NCBI RefSeq assembly: GCF_001194135.2
Contig: NC_068984.1
Location: 27,588,524-27,652,523, forward strand
Length of the DNA: 64,000 nt
Direction: 5' to 3'
From: Octopus bimaculoides
Lineage: Eukaryota
The notes beneath the pieces are model-generated. The model had not been told where the DNA came from, made no database searches, and saw only the letters and a program-made list of their open reading frames with translations. The stretch's first letter is position 1. Each line of letters begins with the position of its first letter. A program made the position numbers and the translations under genes. Below, piece by piece: positions 52,031 through 64,000 of the stretch.

Positions 52031-53095
52031 CAGATTGGTGCAAAAATAATGGCCAATTTTGAGGTCTCTATAAAAAATGAAAAAGCCCATAATTAAGACA
52101 ATATTTATTCATTAAGATAATTTCCATTGCTTTCTAGAATTTCATTCCATTTGTCAACAAGCTTATAAATTCCATGCTTGTAGAACTGTTTAGGTTTTGA
52201 CGTGAAATATGAATCTAACACATTTTCAACCACTTCTCTTGATGCCAATGTAAGGCCATTCAAATGGTTCTGTAGTCCCCAAAACAAGTGATAATCAGAA
52301 GGAGCAAGGTCTGGAGAATATGAAGCAATATTTCCCGAACAAGCTCTTCCAAGAAATCTTTGGTCAGTTGAGCTGTGTGAGGACGAGCATTATCATGGTG
52401 GAAGACGACACCCTTTCTGTTGACTAAACAGAGTCACTTTCTGTTCAAAGCACCTTTCAAATGATGAAGTTGATCACAGTAGAGATTAGCAATAATTGCT
52501 TGATTGTTGTCTAACAGTTCATAATGGACAATTCCTTCGATATCCTACCATACACTCAACATGATCTTCCTCGGATGAAGTCCTCTTCTTAGTTGTTGAA
52601 CAAGTCTTCCTCCTCGATTGATCTATGATTGATGATGCTTAACATTACAGCAAGGATCCACTTCTCATCACCTGCAATAAGCCTAAAAATGGTTCCTTAA
52701 TGTGTCTTGAAACAATGACTGACAACAAACAACATGCTGTTGCAGATTCTCTGGTAACAGTTCATGCAAGACCCCTTTTCCAACCACTGAAACCTTTTCA
52801 GTCCTTTTCACTTGGCATAGAACAGTTGTATGGGCTATGTTAAACTATTCTGCAAGTTCTCTACAATTAATAGTTGGATTTTCTGTGACAACAGCTTCCA
52901 ACGCTTTGAATGATCTTCTTTTTGAATGTTTTGAATGATCTTTTTGGTCCATCTTTCAACTTCAAATCCCCACTTCTGAAGCAAGAAAGCCATCTCTTGC
53001 AACTTCTTTCACTCACTACATCATCCCCATAAACTCTCTGAAGAGAGTTTACTGCTATGCTTGCACTGACACCATTATGAAATGCATTGAGTAAG
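52031..53095 (-). mobile_element. Near-full-length mariner (Hsmar1/cecropia-like) relic with D,D34D motifs and right TIR
   Basis: HTH VYGDDVVSERSCKRWLSCFRSGD; LIAGDEKW; LVNRKGVVFHHDNARPH; YSPDLAPSDYHLF...NGNYLNE*; TIR cagattggtgcaaaaataat; frameshifted. Confidence 0.92.
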
Positions 53096-54054
53096 ACATG
53101 TATACATATGCATATATATATATGTTTATATAAGATGGGCTTCCACACAGGTTCCATCTACCATATTCACTCACAAGGAATTTATCAACCGAAGGATATA
53201 GCCAAAGACACTTGCCCATGATGCCATGCACTTGAAACCATGTGGTTGAAAAGCAAGTTTCTTAAACACACTACTATATCTGCATATTTTGTTTCAATAA
53301 ATTTTAGTAAATCATTTTATTAAAACTACTTTTTGTCTGCAAAAAAAAATAATGAAAATAAGCTGTAGTTTGTGAAAATTTATTTAACGCTTTCATACCA
53401 AGCTGCTTGTGAATGACACTGATTCTAAAATACAAACTTCCTGTTTCATAGAGACCAAGACTAAAACCTTCCAACAAAATTTCATGTTAATTTATATTTC
53501 CACCACCATTTTAATAATGATGAGTTATTTTACTAATTTCTTCATTATTTTCATAATCAATTAAAAGAAATGTAGTATATTTCAACTGAAATGTAGTAAT
53601 ATAAAATTTAACATATATTTCTTTACTTATTAAACTTTTCTCCCTCACAGTATTAGATATATTCCATTACATAAATTATATCCATTAATTTTTACTGTTG
53701 TTGATTCCTATTATTTACTCAGACTCTGTTGTTTTACTCTATTACTTTATATTTAACCAAACTGCAAAACTGAGACTGAGTTCACATATCACTGCTAAGT
53801 AGGTAGTATTTTAGAAAATATTCCTCTAAAATTCCATTAAAATGTCTAAGCCATGTGAATAAATGTTTAAATGTGTTGAACCAGCAACTATGGGAAAATA
53901 GGTGCAGAATGGGTCGCTTACTAACAAGATGATTTTAGGTTCAGTTCTAATATACAGCACTTCAAGTGTCTTCTACTGTAAGTTGGATAGGACAAAGCCT
54001 TGTGAATGGATATGATAGAGAGAAACTGAAAGTGGCCTGTCATATCTGTTTTGA

Positions 54055-54121
<67 letters not shown>

Positions 54122-54151
54122 NNNNNNNNNNNNNNNNNNNNNNNNNNNNNN

Positions 54152-54188
<37 letters not shown>

Positions 54189-56153
54189 ATGTGCATATAT
54201 GTTTATCTCCAAAAAATGTTCAAAAATTGCCCAATCATCTTATTCCAACCCAAGATGATTTAAATTATTTGGGAGGATATTAGTTTAAATTAGTCGTAGA
54301 GCAACAAAAAAAAAACAAACAAAAAAACATGCTACTGTAATATTTCATTTTATTCCATTAGATTTGTAGTTCAAATTTTGCAAGGTTTGAATTTGTTTTT
54401 CATCCTCCAAAGGGTCAATCTCTTTACTTATATACATTCTCCTATAAATTTTGATTTCATACTTGGTCAAAAGAAATCCATATTACCAAACAACTGCTAA
54501 ATACTTTGCATCAGATTGATATGTCAATATTCGAATTCTGTTCTAGTCATTGTTTATTTATTAAACTGTGTATATTCTACACACTTTGTTTTTTCTCCAA
54601 TGGTGGTGGGTTTAGATTATGAAAGCTTGGAATTTGAAAGATATACTTAAGGGACAAAAATCAATATAGACTGACATTTTTTATGGTCTTATTTTACAAT
54701 ATTGCCACCATTTCTGTTTGTAAGGTTTTTATGACTAAGAGGGTCACCTTGACTGTTATAAGCTCCATTCATTTCAGGAACAAAATGGCTCTTCTTTCTG
54801 ACAACCAATAGAACTAAGTATTCATCATAAATAAATCCTGAAATGCAAGCCTATAAATGATAAATTAGACAATTCGCTTTATTCGTTTGGGAAGGAGAAT
54901 CGTGTTTAAAGGCTTTGTAACATTTTATTTTAGTCTCGATGGGAAAAATGTACACTAAAAAATATGGAAAATATATAAATTTTTTTTATATAATATTATA
55001 TTATATAAAATAATTATACATCATATCATCAATATTTTTATAAGTGGTTATAATCATATAATAGTCGAAACAGTAAAAATAGTTTATTGTAGTTGTAATA
55101 GTTGCATCCAGTGAAAAAAAAGGAAAATTGCAGCTGCTTCCAAAAGTTCAAGTGTTTCATAAGCACCACTGATTCATTCTGGATTCATGACATTAGACAA
55201 ATGAAAGCTGAATCTCTTCATGGATATTCTTTCATACTATCTCACCATTCAATTACATTAAGGGTATATAACATTCTGTGAATATCTTAAAACTACAAGT
55301 GGTATACATGAGCAAAAGTCAGTAAATAAAGTTCACAAAACTGAACAAACTTATATGACTTGCAGGAGACAAGAATTCTAATGAAATCATTTCTGAGAGT
55401 GCTGATGCATTATCAGAAATTTCATTTATTTTACTTTCCTTTAAAAAAAGTTCCTTCCCAAAACATCAGAATTCACATCTTCAGTAGAACATTTATTCAT
55501 ATCTGTTTCCATGCAACAAACATACATAGTATTAAAAGCTAATATCTAGAGAGAGGTACAACAAAATTGCTTATAGTGAACTTGAGCCTTTGTTAATAAA
55601 TACCATCCTTTGCATAATTTATAGAAGGCAATCCTTAATATAAACTAATTTGATAATGCTGTATGCCAGCACAACTCGATTTCTGCTGAGTAGAACTTTT
55701 GGACTTATTTTAATATTTGTCTACACTGGGAAATATCCATAACATTCACACTAAAAATATAAAACACTCCAAATTATGATGGCAATGCTTCAGGACCAGT
55801 CTTAAATGTGTGAATTCAACAGATGAGACTTGATTATTTATATAAATAAAATATAGTCACAAATTGACTGCAGGGTCTTAAAAGACAGGAAAAAAAAAAG
55901 GAGAGAGAAAGATAAAGCAGAAATATAGTGTGCATTATTTTCTTATCTTTCTTTTACAAAGATAATGAAATAATTGCAGATATGAGTACAGAACAATTAT
56001 TGAAGTTGTTTACTTTAGTATGATGCAGATTATGAGATAAGACTTCAGTTTCTGAAAGTAAACTCTGTTATGTTTAGTGAAATTGAGCTTGAATTGCTAA
56101 ATTTAACACACACACATATGTGTGTGTGTGTGTGTGTGTGTGTATACATATAC

Positions 56154-56243
<90 letters not shown>

Positions 56244-56883
56244 GTAGATAGATAGAGATAGATATACGTACATACACACACACACACACATATATATGCA
56301 AATATATGTGTATATCTATCTATCTATACATATAGATACCTATATATATTTACACACACACCTGCTGCTATGTTCTTGTTGCTTGTATTTGTAATTGTGT
56401 CCATGTTCTCCATTTTTTGTCTTTGTTGTCACACACATTCGCGAGCTTTCTTACAAAAAATCTAATATATACAAACATATATACAAACATGCATATATAT
56501 ATAGAATACACACACACACTAGATAGATAGATAGATAGATATACATACAAATGAATAATAAAAGACGATGGTTAACTATGAGCTGACAATTATCCATAGT
56601 CTGTTATTATTCATTTGATTATAATACACCAAGGGGATTTATGACTTGTCGGACACCTTAGAGTATACCCACAATGTACAATTCAATGTAACATGTGCTT
56701 TAGACCAGCCCCTAGGCACTAAATACTCATAGGGATGGTTTTCTCTGTGTACACAATCAGAATATCTTATTTGATACTTACCAGCCTTAGGCCAGAACCA
56801 CAGGTTTATCCCACCCTAACTGGTGCGTATCTTTACAAGTACCTGATTCTATCTGAATCCTTATTTTACCATATATATATATA

Positions 56884-56917
<34 letters not shown>

Positions 56918-56954
56918 GATGCAAACAGTGAAAATAGAACTCAAAATAAAATAT

Positions 56955-57107
56955 GAGTATATGTGTATTTTTATCAATATTTTGCAGAAGTAACAGAGTG
57001 ACTGAAGTTCCGAAAGCTTAGTGCTTTGGCCAACACATGAAACTCTTGGAACTTGAGTCATTCTGTTACTTATGCTAAATATTAATGAAAAAATACACAT
57101 ATACAAA
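56955..57107. repeat. Foldback inverted repeat (~57-bp arms, 36-nt loop)
   Basis: aagtaacagagtgactgaagttcc / ggaacttgagtcattctgttactt (22/24 paired), extending outward to tatatgtgtattttt / aaaaaatacacatata. Confidence 0.85.
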
Positions 57108-57509
57108 ATATATATATTTTTTTTTAGGGGTTCAGTCCAACTGAATGATATCTTAGGCAAGTATCTTCTATAATCTTGAGAGTGGATTTACTCAACTGAA
57201 ACTGAAAGAAGGCCACGTTTGTATTGTCTATCTGTCCAGTTTCTTGGCCCTCTCTTTCTTTAACTCCCACTTTTCCTCCTCGTTTATCTCCCCTGCACCT
57301 TTCCCTTTGTCTCTGATTTTTTTTCATCCTTCAATCCTGCTGCCCCTGTGTGTGTTTGTCAATATAGAATATATATATATATATATATATAAGTTCAGTT
57401 CCACTAACTGATGCCATGGTACCATGGTATATCTCTCTCTCTATGTATGTGTGTGTGTGTGTGTGCATATGCCTACATGTATGAATGTATGTCTCTTCTA
57501 TTTTTTAAT

Positions 57510-58677
57510 TATTATGAAACTTCCACTGAGGAGGGAGTCAGTTTCCAACAAAGGCTCCATCTTTGGGATATAGTTAACACAGACAAATTCACATTTGGAA
57601 CTTGAGAAAAGTCTTGGATATTTTTACTGTTCCACTCACAGATTGCACTTGTAATGTATGAATTAGCCAATCAATTTCTCTTTCTGAAAATAGCAGTTTA
57701 TCCAGATTCTCCTTTAAGCATTTACTAACAAAACCTAGTGCTCCAATTATTGTTGGTATGAATATGAATTCATAGTCTGGATATAGAAGTTTGAAGTTTC
57801 GAAGCAGTTATCCATAGATATCCTCTTTTCCTTTGATTTTCAAAGAGATATTTATATCTGCAGAGCAGCTGACCTCTATGACGGTACATACCTTTGCCCT
57901 TCTGTCCCAAACAATATCTGGCCTGTTCTGTTTACATCTGACAGAAGTTTTGATGGGAATATTCAACCAGTATTCCTTGGGTTCGTGTTTATGAATGTAT
58001 TCCATAACAGAGGGGTTTTCTAAGTTTATTTCAGAACGGTCTTTTTTGTGGATGGTATTGTAAATTGTTTTAGTGACAACATCTTGCTGCATAGGGAGGT
58101 AGTACTGTGACGACATTTTAGAACAGCTGCTAATCACATGTGTGATGTCTTCCACAGAAACATGACATAGCCTACACATGTGATTGCACTTTGGGATTAC
58201 AAGAGCATCACTGTCTTGTTCACCAGGTACTTTGTGGCTATCTCCAGTTCCTGGATTGCAAATGCATTACCTTCAAAGTGTGATGTGATGTAGTCATCTT
58301 GTGTCCAAGAGAGGCTGTGCTTCATGTCAATTCTACTGTCTTCTTCACACTTCCGGACAACATACCCATGCATAGTCTTTTTTATTTGTGTATGCTGAGT
58401 GCTTTCTGTCCAGATCTTCTCTGAGGTAAGAGAGCTCAGGTGTTTTGGGGCTGTATAGGAGATCATTAGAAAGAGAGCGCTTCTTGAGGAGCTCACTGCC
58501 AACTCAGACAATGGTGCTCACTTCACTTTCTAGCACCGCATTTATATATTTATTTTTGCTGCTGTTGTTCAGCTGGTGCTGCCTGAGTGATACCATATGG
58601 CATTCGAAGGCTGCTTGCACTGATCTCAGGTCTTTACCACCTTCATTTATTCTTCGGTAGAGCCTGTCAACATCACT
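57510..58677 (-). mobile_element. 5'-truncated R4/Dong-like LINE: RT thumb, CCHC finger, REL endonuclease
   Basis: HSDVDRLYRRINEGG; CRLCHVSVEDITHVISSC; NRPDIVWD...IEVSC; IIGALG...TFLKF*; 5' end abuts (CATA)n at 58678. Confidence 0.9.
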
Positions 58678-58875
58678 ATGTATGTATGTATGTATGTATG
58701 TATGTATGTATGTATGTATGTGTGTTTGTATGTATGTATGCATGCATGCATGTATGTATGCATGTATNNNNNNNNNNATGCATGCATGTATGTATGCATG
58801 TATGTATGTATGTATGTATGTATGCATGCATGTATGTATGTATGCATGCATGTATGTATGTATGTATGTATGCAG
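58678..58875. repeat. (TATG)n/(CATG)n microsatellite containing an N gap
   Basis: Direct reading. Confidence 0.95.
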
Positions 58876-59075
58876 GTATATAAAGAAAAAGGTGACCAAA
58901 AACTTTTGTTTTTGCCAATGATTAAACTTGCCAGTCTGCAGCCACCAGGAAAACTTTGAAATCATTATCAATATTTCCCTTGCAAATCTAATAAATTTAA
59001 TACTCTACTTAAATTATTCACTGCTTTTCAGCTAGTGTTTATTTTTTATACAGTTTTACTAAAAACATAAGCCTT

Positions 59076-59113
<38 letters not shown>

Positions 59114-59293
59114 TGAGAGTGTGTGTGCTTGTGTATGTGTACAGTATCAAGGTACAATGTGAGGAACTTAGATAGCCATGTACTTCACTGGATTTGCCAT
59201 CATGTAACATTGCACTTTATAAACAAGATCACTGTGTGTATATGCGTATGTATGTGTGTCCATATGTATGCTAATAAATTTGAATTCATATGC

Positions 59294-59324
<31 letters not shown>

Positions 59325-61414
59325 AATGAAATACTAAAGTAGTAAAGTATTTCTGAGTGGATGTACACATCGTTCATCAAGAGACACATACATGTGAACA
59401 CCATCAAAAACATATTCTTCTTGGTCTGTGATGTGCTCTTATTTGCAATTTATGTCTCCAGCCATTTGATGAGCACACTTGTATGTAAAATGCATACCAG
59501 ATTATTTTTCACTTTTTCTTTTTCTATAAGTATATCCATTTTTAATGTTGACTTGGCAGATTTTAGACTCTCTGCATAGACATTACTGTGTGCAATGACA
59601 TTTTTACAAATATCAACTTGCACATGGTATTAAGCAGAGAACAATATAAGTTAAAGAGCATCTAATATGTGCCTCATTTTCACCGTTAAAGACTCGAGGG
59701 AATGTCATAAACATATACTTACGCCTCATTTGTATCGATTGCATGAAATATTTAGTGGGGATTATCAAAGATTTACTAAGTAATATCATTTGGCAAAATA
59801 GTTTTCAGCTAATTTTACTTACTTTATAGTAAAGTTTGTTGTTACATATTTTATTTTATTCTGTTAAAATGTTCAAAACTATCTGATTCACCAGTGAAAA
59901 CTATAAAACTAAAAAATAGGAATAAACTGTAGAATATACTCACTTTTTATCTGAATAAAAATTACCACTATACATATCACGAGGAAAACTAATACAACCT
60001 CATATTATTGATTTTTCATAATTTTCTCTCTTGGATTTTACATTCATACAGCTGATTATGACTAGGATGAGAGAAAGCCAATGACAGAGCCTTTATGCAG
60101 TTACTTGACTTGCTACAAGTTGCAGCTAAATTGTTTCTCACAGATCACACTCTGCCATCTTAGAAGAAAACACATTGGGTAATGTGGTTGGAAATTCCGT
60201 AAGCATAAGAAAAGATACAGGATAGTCATGTTTGGAATGTCTGTGATCATATATCCTGATGGATCAAGCCTGGCCAAGCAATAATCAACTACAACTAGTA
60301 TGATTAAATATAGAAACAAGTGGTTTCGTTACTAAACTTGCTAATATAGCATTTGAATCTTACTCTCAATAAATTTCCAGGGAATACAAAATAAGGTACT
60401 ACATTTTAGGTTCAATATAAGACTAATAAACATGAGCTGATCATAGTAAGACTATCAATTGATTAAATTATAAAATTCAAACCATATGAACATTCCATAT
60501 ATTTAACATCTGTCCACTCTGTTAAAATAACAAAGCAAACTTATGTCAACTATGATATTGGAACTGCATTTCAGGTATCATAAATAAATACCAGTTAGGA
60601 AATGTTACTTTGCACAACATTTATTGGATATGATATTGATGTAAAACTTGAGACAGCTATTATTAAAAATAAATGAAAAAATATAATATGTAAATGTGTA
60701 AACGTGTGTATGTGTGTGTGTGTGCGTGTGTGTATATCTGCTCAGGGTGATTCATATATGCATGTGTATATATATATATATAGCATATATATACATATAT
60801 ATTCAAGTTCCTGTATGTGCAGTTAGATGTATGTCTGGCAAAACATGTTTAGGGAATAAATGGTAAAAACTGCATATGTATATGTATGGTGTGCTTGTGT
60901 GTGTGTGTGTGTGCATGTGTGTATATGTGTGTGTGTGTGTGCATACATGCACATATAAATATATACTGTTTTCTCCCCTATCCTCTCTAATTTCCTTTCT
61001 TCTCCCTTTCACCATTTTCTATCTGTCTCTCTCTCTCTCCGCCTCTTTCACTTTTTCTCTCTCTTGTCGCTCACACATGACCGTCAGCCATCTTTCTTTT
61101 CCTCACGAGACCATCTTTTTCTCATGTGACCATCTTTTTCTCTCTCTTCTATCTATTCTCTTTTTAAAGAAAATATTTCTCTCAACATTCACTCTTTTTT
61201 CCTCGTTCATGTCTAACAATCCTCCATGTTTATTTTCGTTCGGTTTCCATGTATATCAACACTGTCCTGTTTTTGTTCCTAACTTTGACCCTCCATAAAT
61301 CCCAAATTTTATTTTGGTATTGATGGGAGCAGCTATCTTTGAAGACTCATATTGTCATTGATTGCTTGAAATGGCAAGTAGATAGACAGCCGACAACTGG
61401 TGTCATGCAAATGG

Positions 61415-61625
61415 TACCCATACTGGTGGCATGTAAAAGCACCCATTACACTCTAGAGGTGGTTGGCGTTAGGAAGAGCATCCAGCCTTAGAAAACCATG
61501 CCAAATCAGACTGGAACCTGGCACATCCTTCCAGTCAAACTGTCCAACCCATGCCAGCATGCACAATAGACGTTAAATGAAGATATTGATGATAATGATG
61601 ATGGTGTTGATGTTGATGATGATGA
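61415..61625 (+). mobile_element. RTE-tail-sharing short element
   Basis: ggtggttggcgttaggaagagcatccagcc...ccaacccatgccagcatg...gacgttaaatga(gat)n. Confidence 0.8.
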
Positions 61626-61948
61626 TCATAATCATCATCATCACACACAGACAGAGGCATGCAAAAACACACTGTAAATGTATGTACTTACAAATCAAGT
61701 AAAATATATTCAATACATTTAATGTAAAGTTTGCATATTTTGTTTGAAGCTGGATCTTCTCGAATTATTACACTGAATTTCACCATGTTGCTGTTTATTG
61801 AATATATACACATATAAATATGTGTGTGTTTGTACTGAAGCCAACCTTTCATGTTGCTCATGTTAACTTAAATTTACATAATGCTCTACTTTTGGTATAG
61901 AATTTTCTTTTTCCTTGGTGATTACACTACTCCCCAGTTTAAACACAT

Positions 61949-61990
<42 letters not shown>

Positions 61991-62712
61991 GCACACACAC
62001 ACACTCATTTATGTATTTGCANNNNNNNNNNTAGTAACAGATTAGGAATTAAATTTGCATACAGAATTTGATATATATGTTCAATGAATGCATGACTAAA
62101 TACATTTTGCTATGAAATTTGATTTTACAGAAAGACATAGTTATGTAATGAAATTAAATCCAGTAGTTAAGTCACAAGATAATGAGGTTTTTGGTTGCTA
62201 AAATCAAAGATCGACCTGATCTACCCTAATTTTTATCAGATTCATCTGAAATTACTTCTTGTAGGCATGTTCTACAGAATATAAGACAAGCACTTCAACA
62301 ACTCCAGTTCTGGACAGGTTGAGAATTGTGAGCTCCTAGTAATATTTTGTATCCCAAATACCAAACGTTAGTCTACACATGTCCCAGGACTCCAGCTAAG
62401 TCAAGGAGGCAAGCTGTGCAAAAATGTGTCTTACAGCTGATGACCACATTTTCTCATGATTGTCATCAAAGAATCTCTGTAGATGCAGAGGCCACACCAT
62501 AATATCTTGCAGCACCTTTGAATCATGTGCTAATGTGACACAAAACCTCTTGGCCAGTGAAGCCTGACCATTCTATAATTAATAAAAGAATAGATGTTCA
62601 CTCATGGTCGTATGTTTTTTGGTTAAGATGATCTTCAGCAATGTCACCAAATAAAATACAGATGCTGAAATGAGAGAAAATTGTGAGGAGAAAGTAGAAA
62701 CAGCAACAGATA

Positions 62713-62927
62713 AAGGGTTGCTGAAAAGTTCCTGGTTTTGGGGAGGGGAAAATACAGGGGAATCAGTTAATAATGTTTTTATTCAACATATTCTCTTCTC
62801 GGATTCACACACTGATTGCAGCAGTCCTTCAGTTTTTCTAAGCCCTGTAAAAGAACTAGATAGGTTAGGCCTCCAACCAGACCTTTTGTGATATCTTTTA
62901 AACCAGGAATTTTTCAGCACTCCCTTA
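62713..62927 (-). mobile_element. Second copy of the mariner-derived MITE
   Basis: TA-aagggttgctgaaaagttcctggtttt ... aaaccaggaatttttcagcactccctt-ata; interior colinear with 36791-37007. Confidence 0.85.
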
Positions 62928-63289
62928 TAAATTGTGAATGGTGTAGCAATGGCAAGAAACTCACACATGGCTTATACATTAAAACCTGAATAGAGCAGAA
63001 ATAGACAAAGAAAATTTACAAGACTAAATGAGAGGTGCAGAACTCAAAATTGAATATGAACTTTTGATAACAGCAGAGAATCAGAACCTTCCCACCAGAA
63101 ACATTTGAAAGCATAGAATGAAGCAGAATAACTTAAGTAAACACAAAATACATGGTTTTTAGAGAGAAACAACTGACCACTTTGGTTATACAGTCTTAGT
63201 GAAGAAAGAATACATCTGCAGATAAACAAAGTTGAGGCTTTTATACAACAGAATTAGGATAGCATTATGTAATAGCAAAAGAAATGTGG

Positions 63290-63560
63290 AGGCATCAAAT
63301 TACAACAAAAGATCTGAGAGAATTACAAAACAGCAATACTTTGTAACAAACCAATCTATACTGACAGTAATATCAAGAATAATCAGCTGTTGTTAAGGAC
63401 TACCAAGGAAGGATATGCCTCCAAATCAAAGTATCACTTCCAGCAATAATAAACTATCTCCCAAAGAATTGGAGAAAACTAGTATCTGAGACTGCAAGCA
63501 AAAATAATCCCTAGATGCATTGGTAATGATTCAAAAACATGCTGCATATATATACATTCA
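63290..63560 (+). mobile_element. Heavily decayed R4/Dong-like REL region
   Basis: ILCNKPIYTDSNIKNN and LQAKIIPRCIG resemble ILWD.PI.TD..IKAN and IPIIVGALG. Confidence 0.35.
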
Positions 63561-63714
63561 TATTATGTACATATCTAGCAGTATTAGGCAGACATATGAA
63601 CAGTACTGACAATACAAAAGAAAATATAAGACAAAAGCCAGATTATGCACAGATATGAAGTCCACTAAGCTGCCCTTGGAAGTGTAGTGAATCTATACAA
63701 TAAAACCACTGAAT

Positions 63715-63730
63715 CATCATTATAATAATC

Positions 63731-63813
<83 letters not shown>

Positions 63814-63838
63814 AATAATAATAATAATAATAATAATT
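63715..63838. repeat. (AAT)n-(GAT)n-(AAT)n compound microsatellite
   Basis: Direct reading. Confidence 0.95.
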
Positions 63839-64000
63839 CACAGGGCTGAAAGAATAATATTCACCGGGCTGAATAACAACATGGATGTGCTACACCGGGC
63901 TCCCTATACAAAAACAAATCTAATCCAATAACATCGATGGAATTAGGCAAAAGAACCGGTGGAAGATTTGAAGGAAGCAGTCTTTTAACGAAGATAATTT

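Noticed and set aside
57522-57560. gaaacttccactgaggagggagtcagtttcc hairpin with CUGAGGA
   Set aside because: No GAAA after helix II; it lies antisense in the R4-like 3' UTR.

Overview
AT-rich, microsatellite-dense eukaryotic genomic DNA with nine N-gaps, all next to simple repeats. The repeat set (tRNA-headed SINEs with internal microsatellites, RTE (GAT)n-tailed elements, Penelope-like, R4/Dong-like, CR1, mariner and Helitron relics) suggests an octopus/coleoid cephalopod; this is inference from pattern recognition, not a database result. There is no intact long ORF, and almost every entry in the ORF track is a microsatellite translation or a decayed transposon. I could not confidently identify a host gene, only low-confidence phase-compatible exon candidates. 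No CRISPR array, rRNA gene or genuine tRNA gene was seen. The most interesting signal is a set of seven minimal hammerhead-ribozyme-like motifs at six loci, from five sequence families. They share an architecture (CUGANGA, usually an extra A, then helix II, GAAA and a tiny palindromic helix III), most lie upstream of microsatellite-anchored Penelope-like 3' tails, and one locus is a 150-bp head-to-head palindrome carrying a motif on each strand. Coordinates of decayed repeats are approximate (about 10-30 bp).
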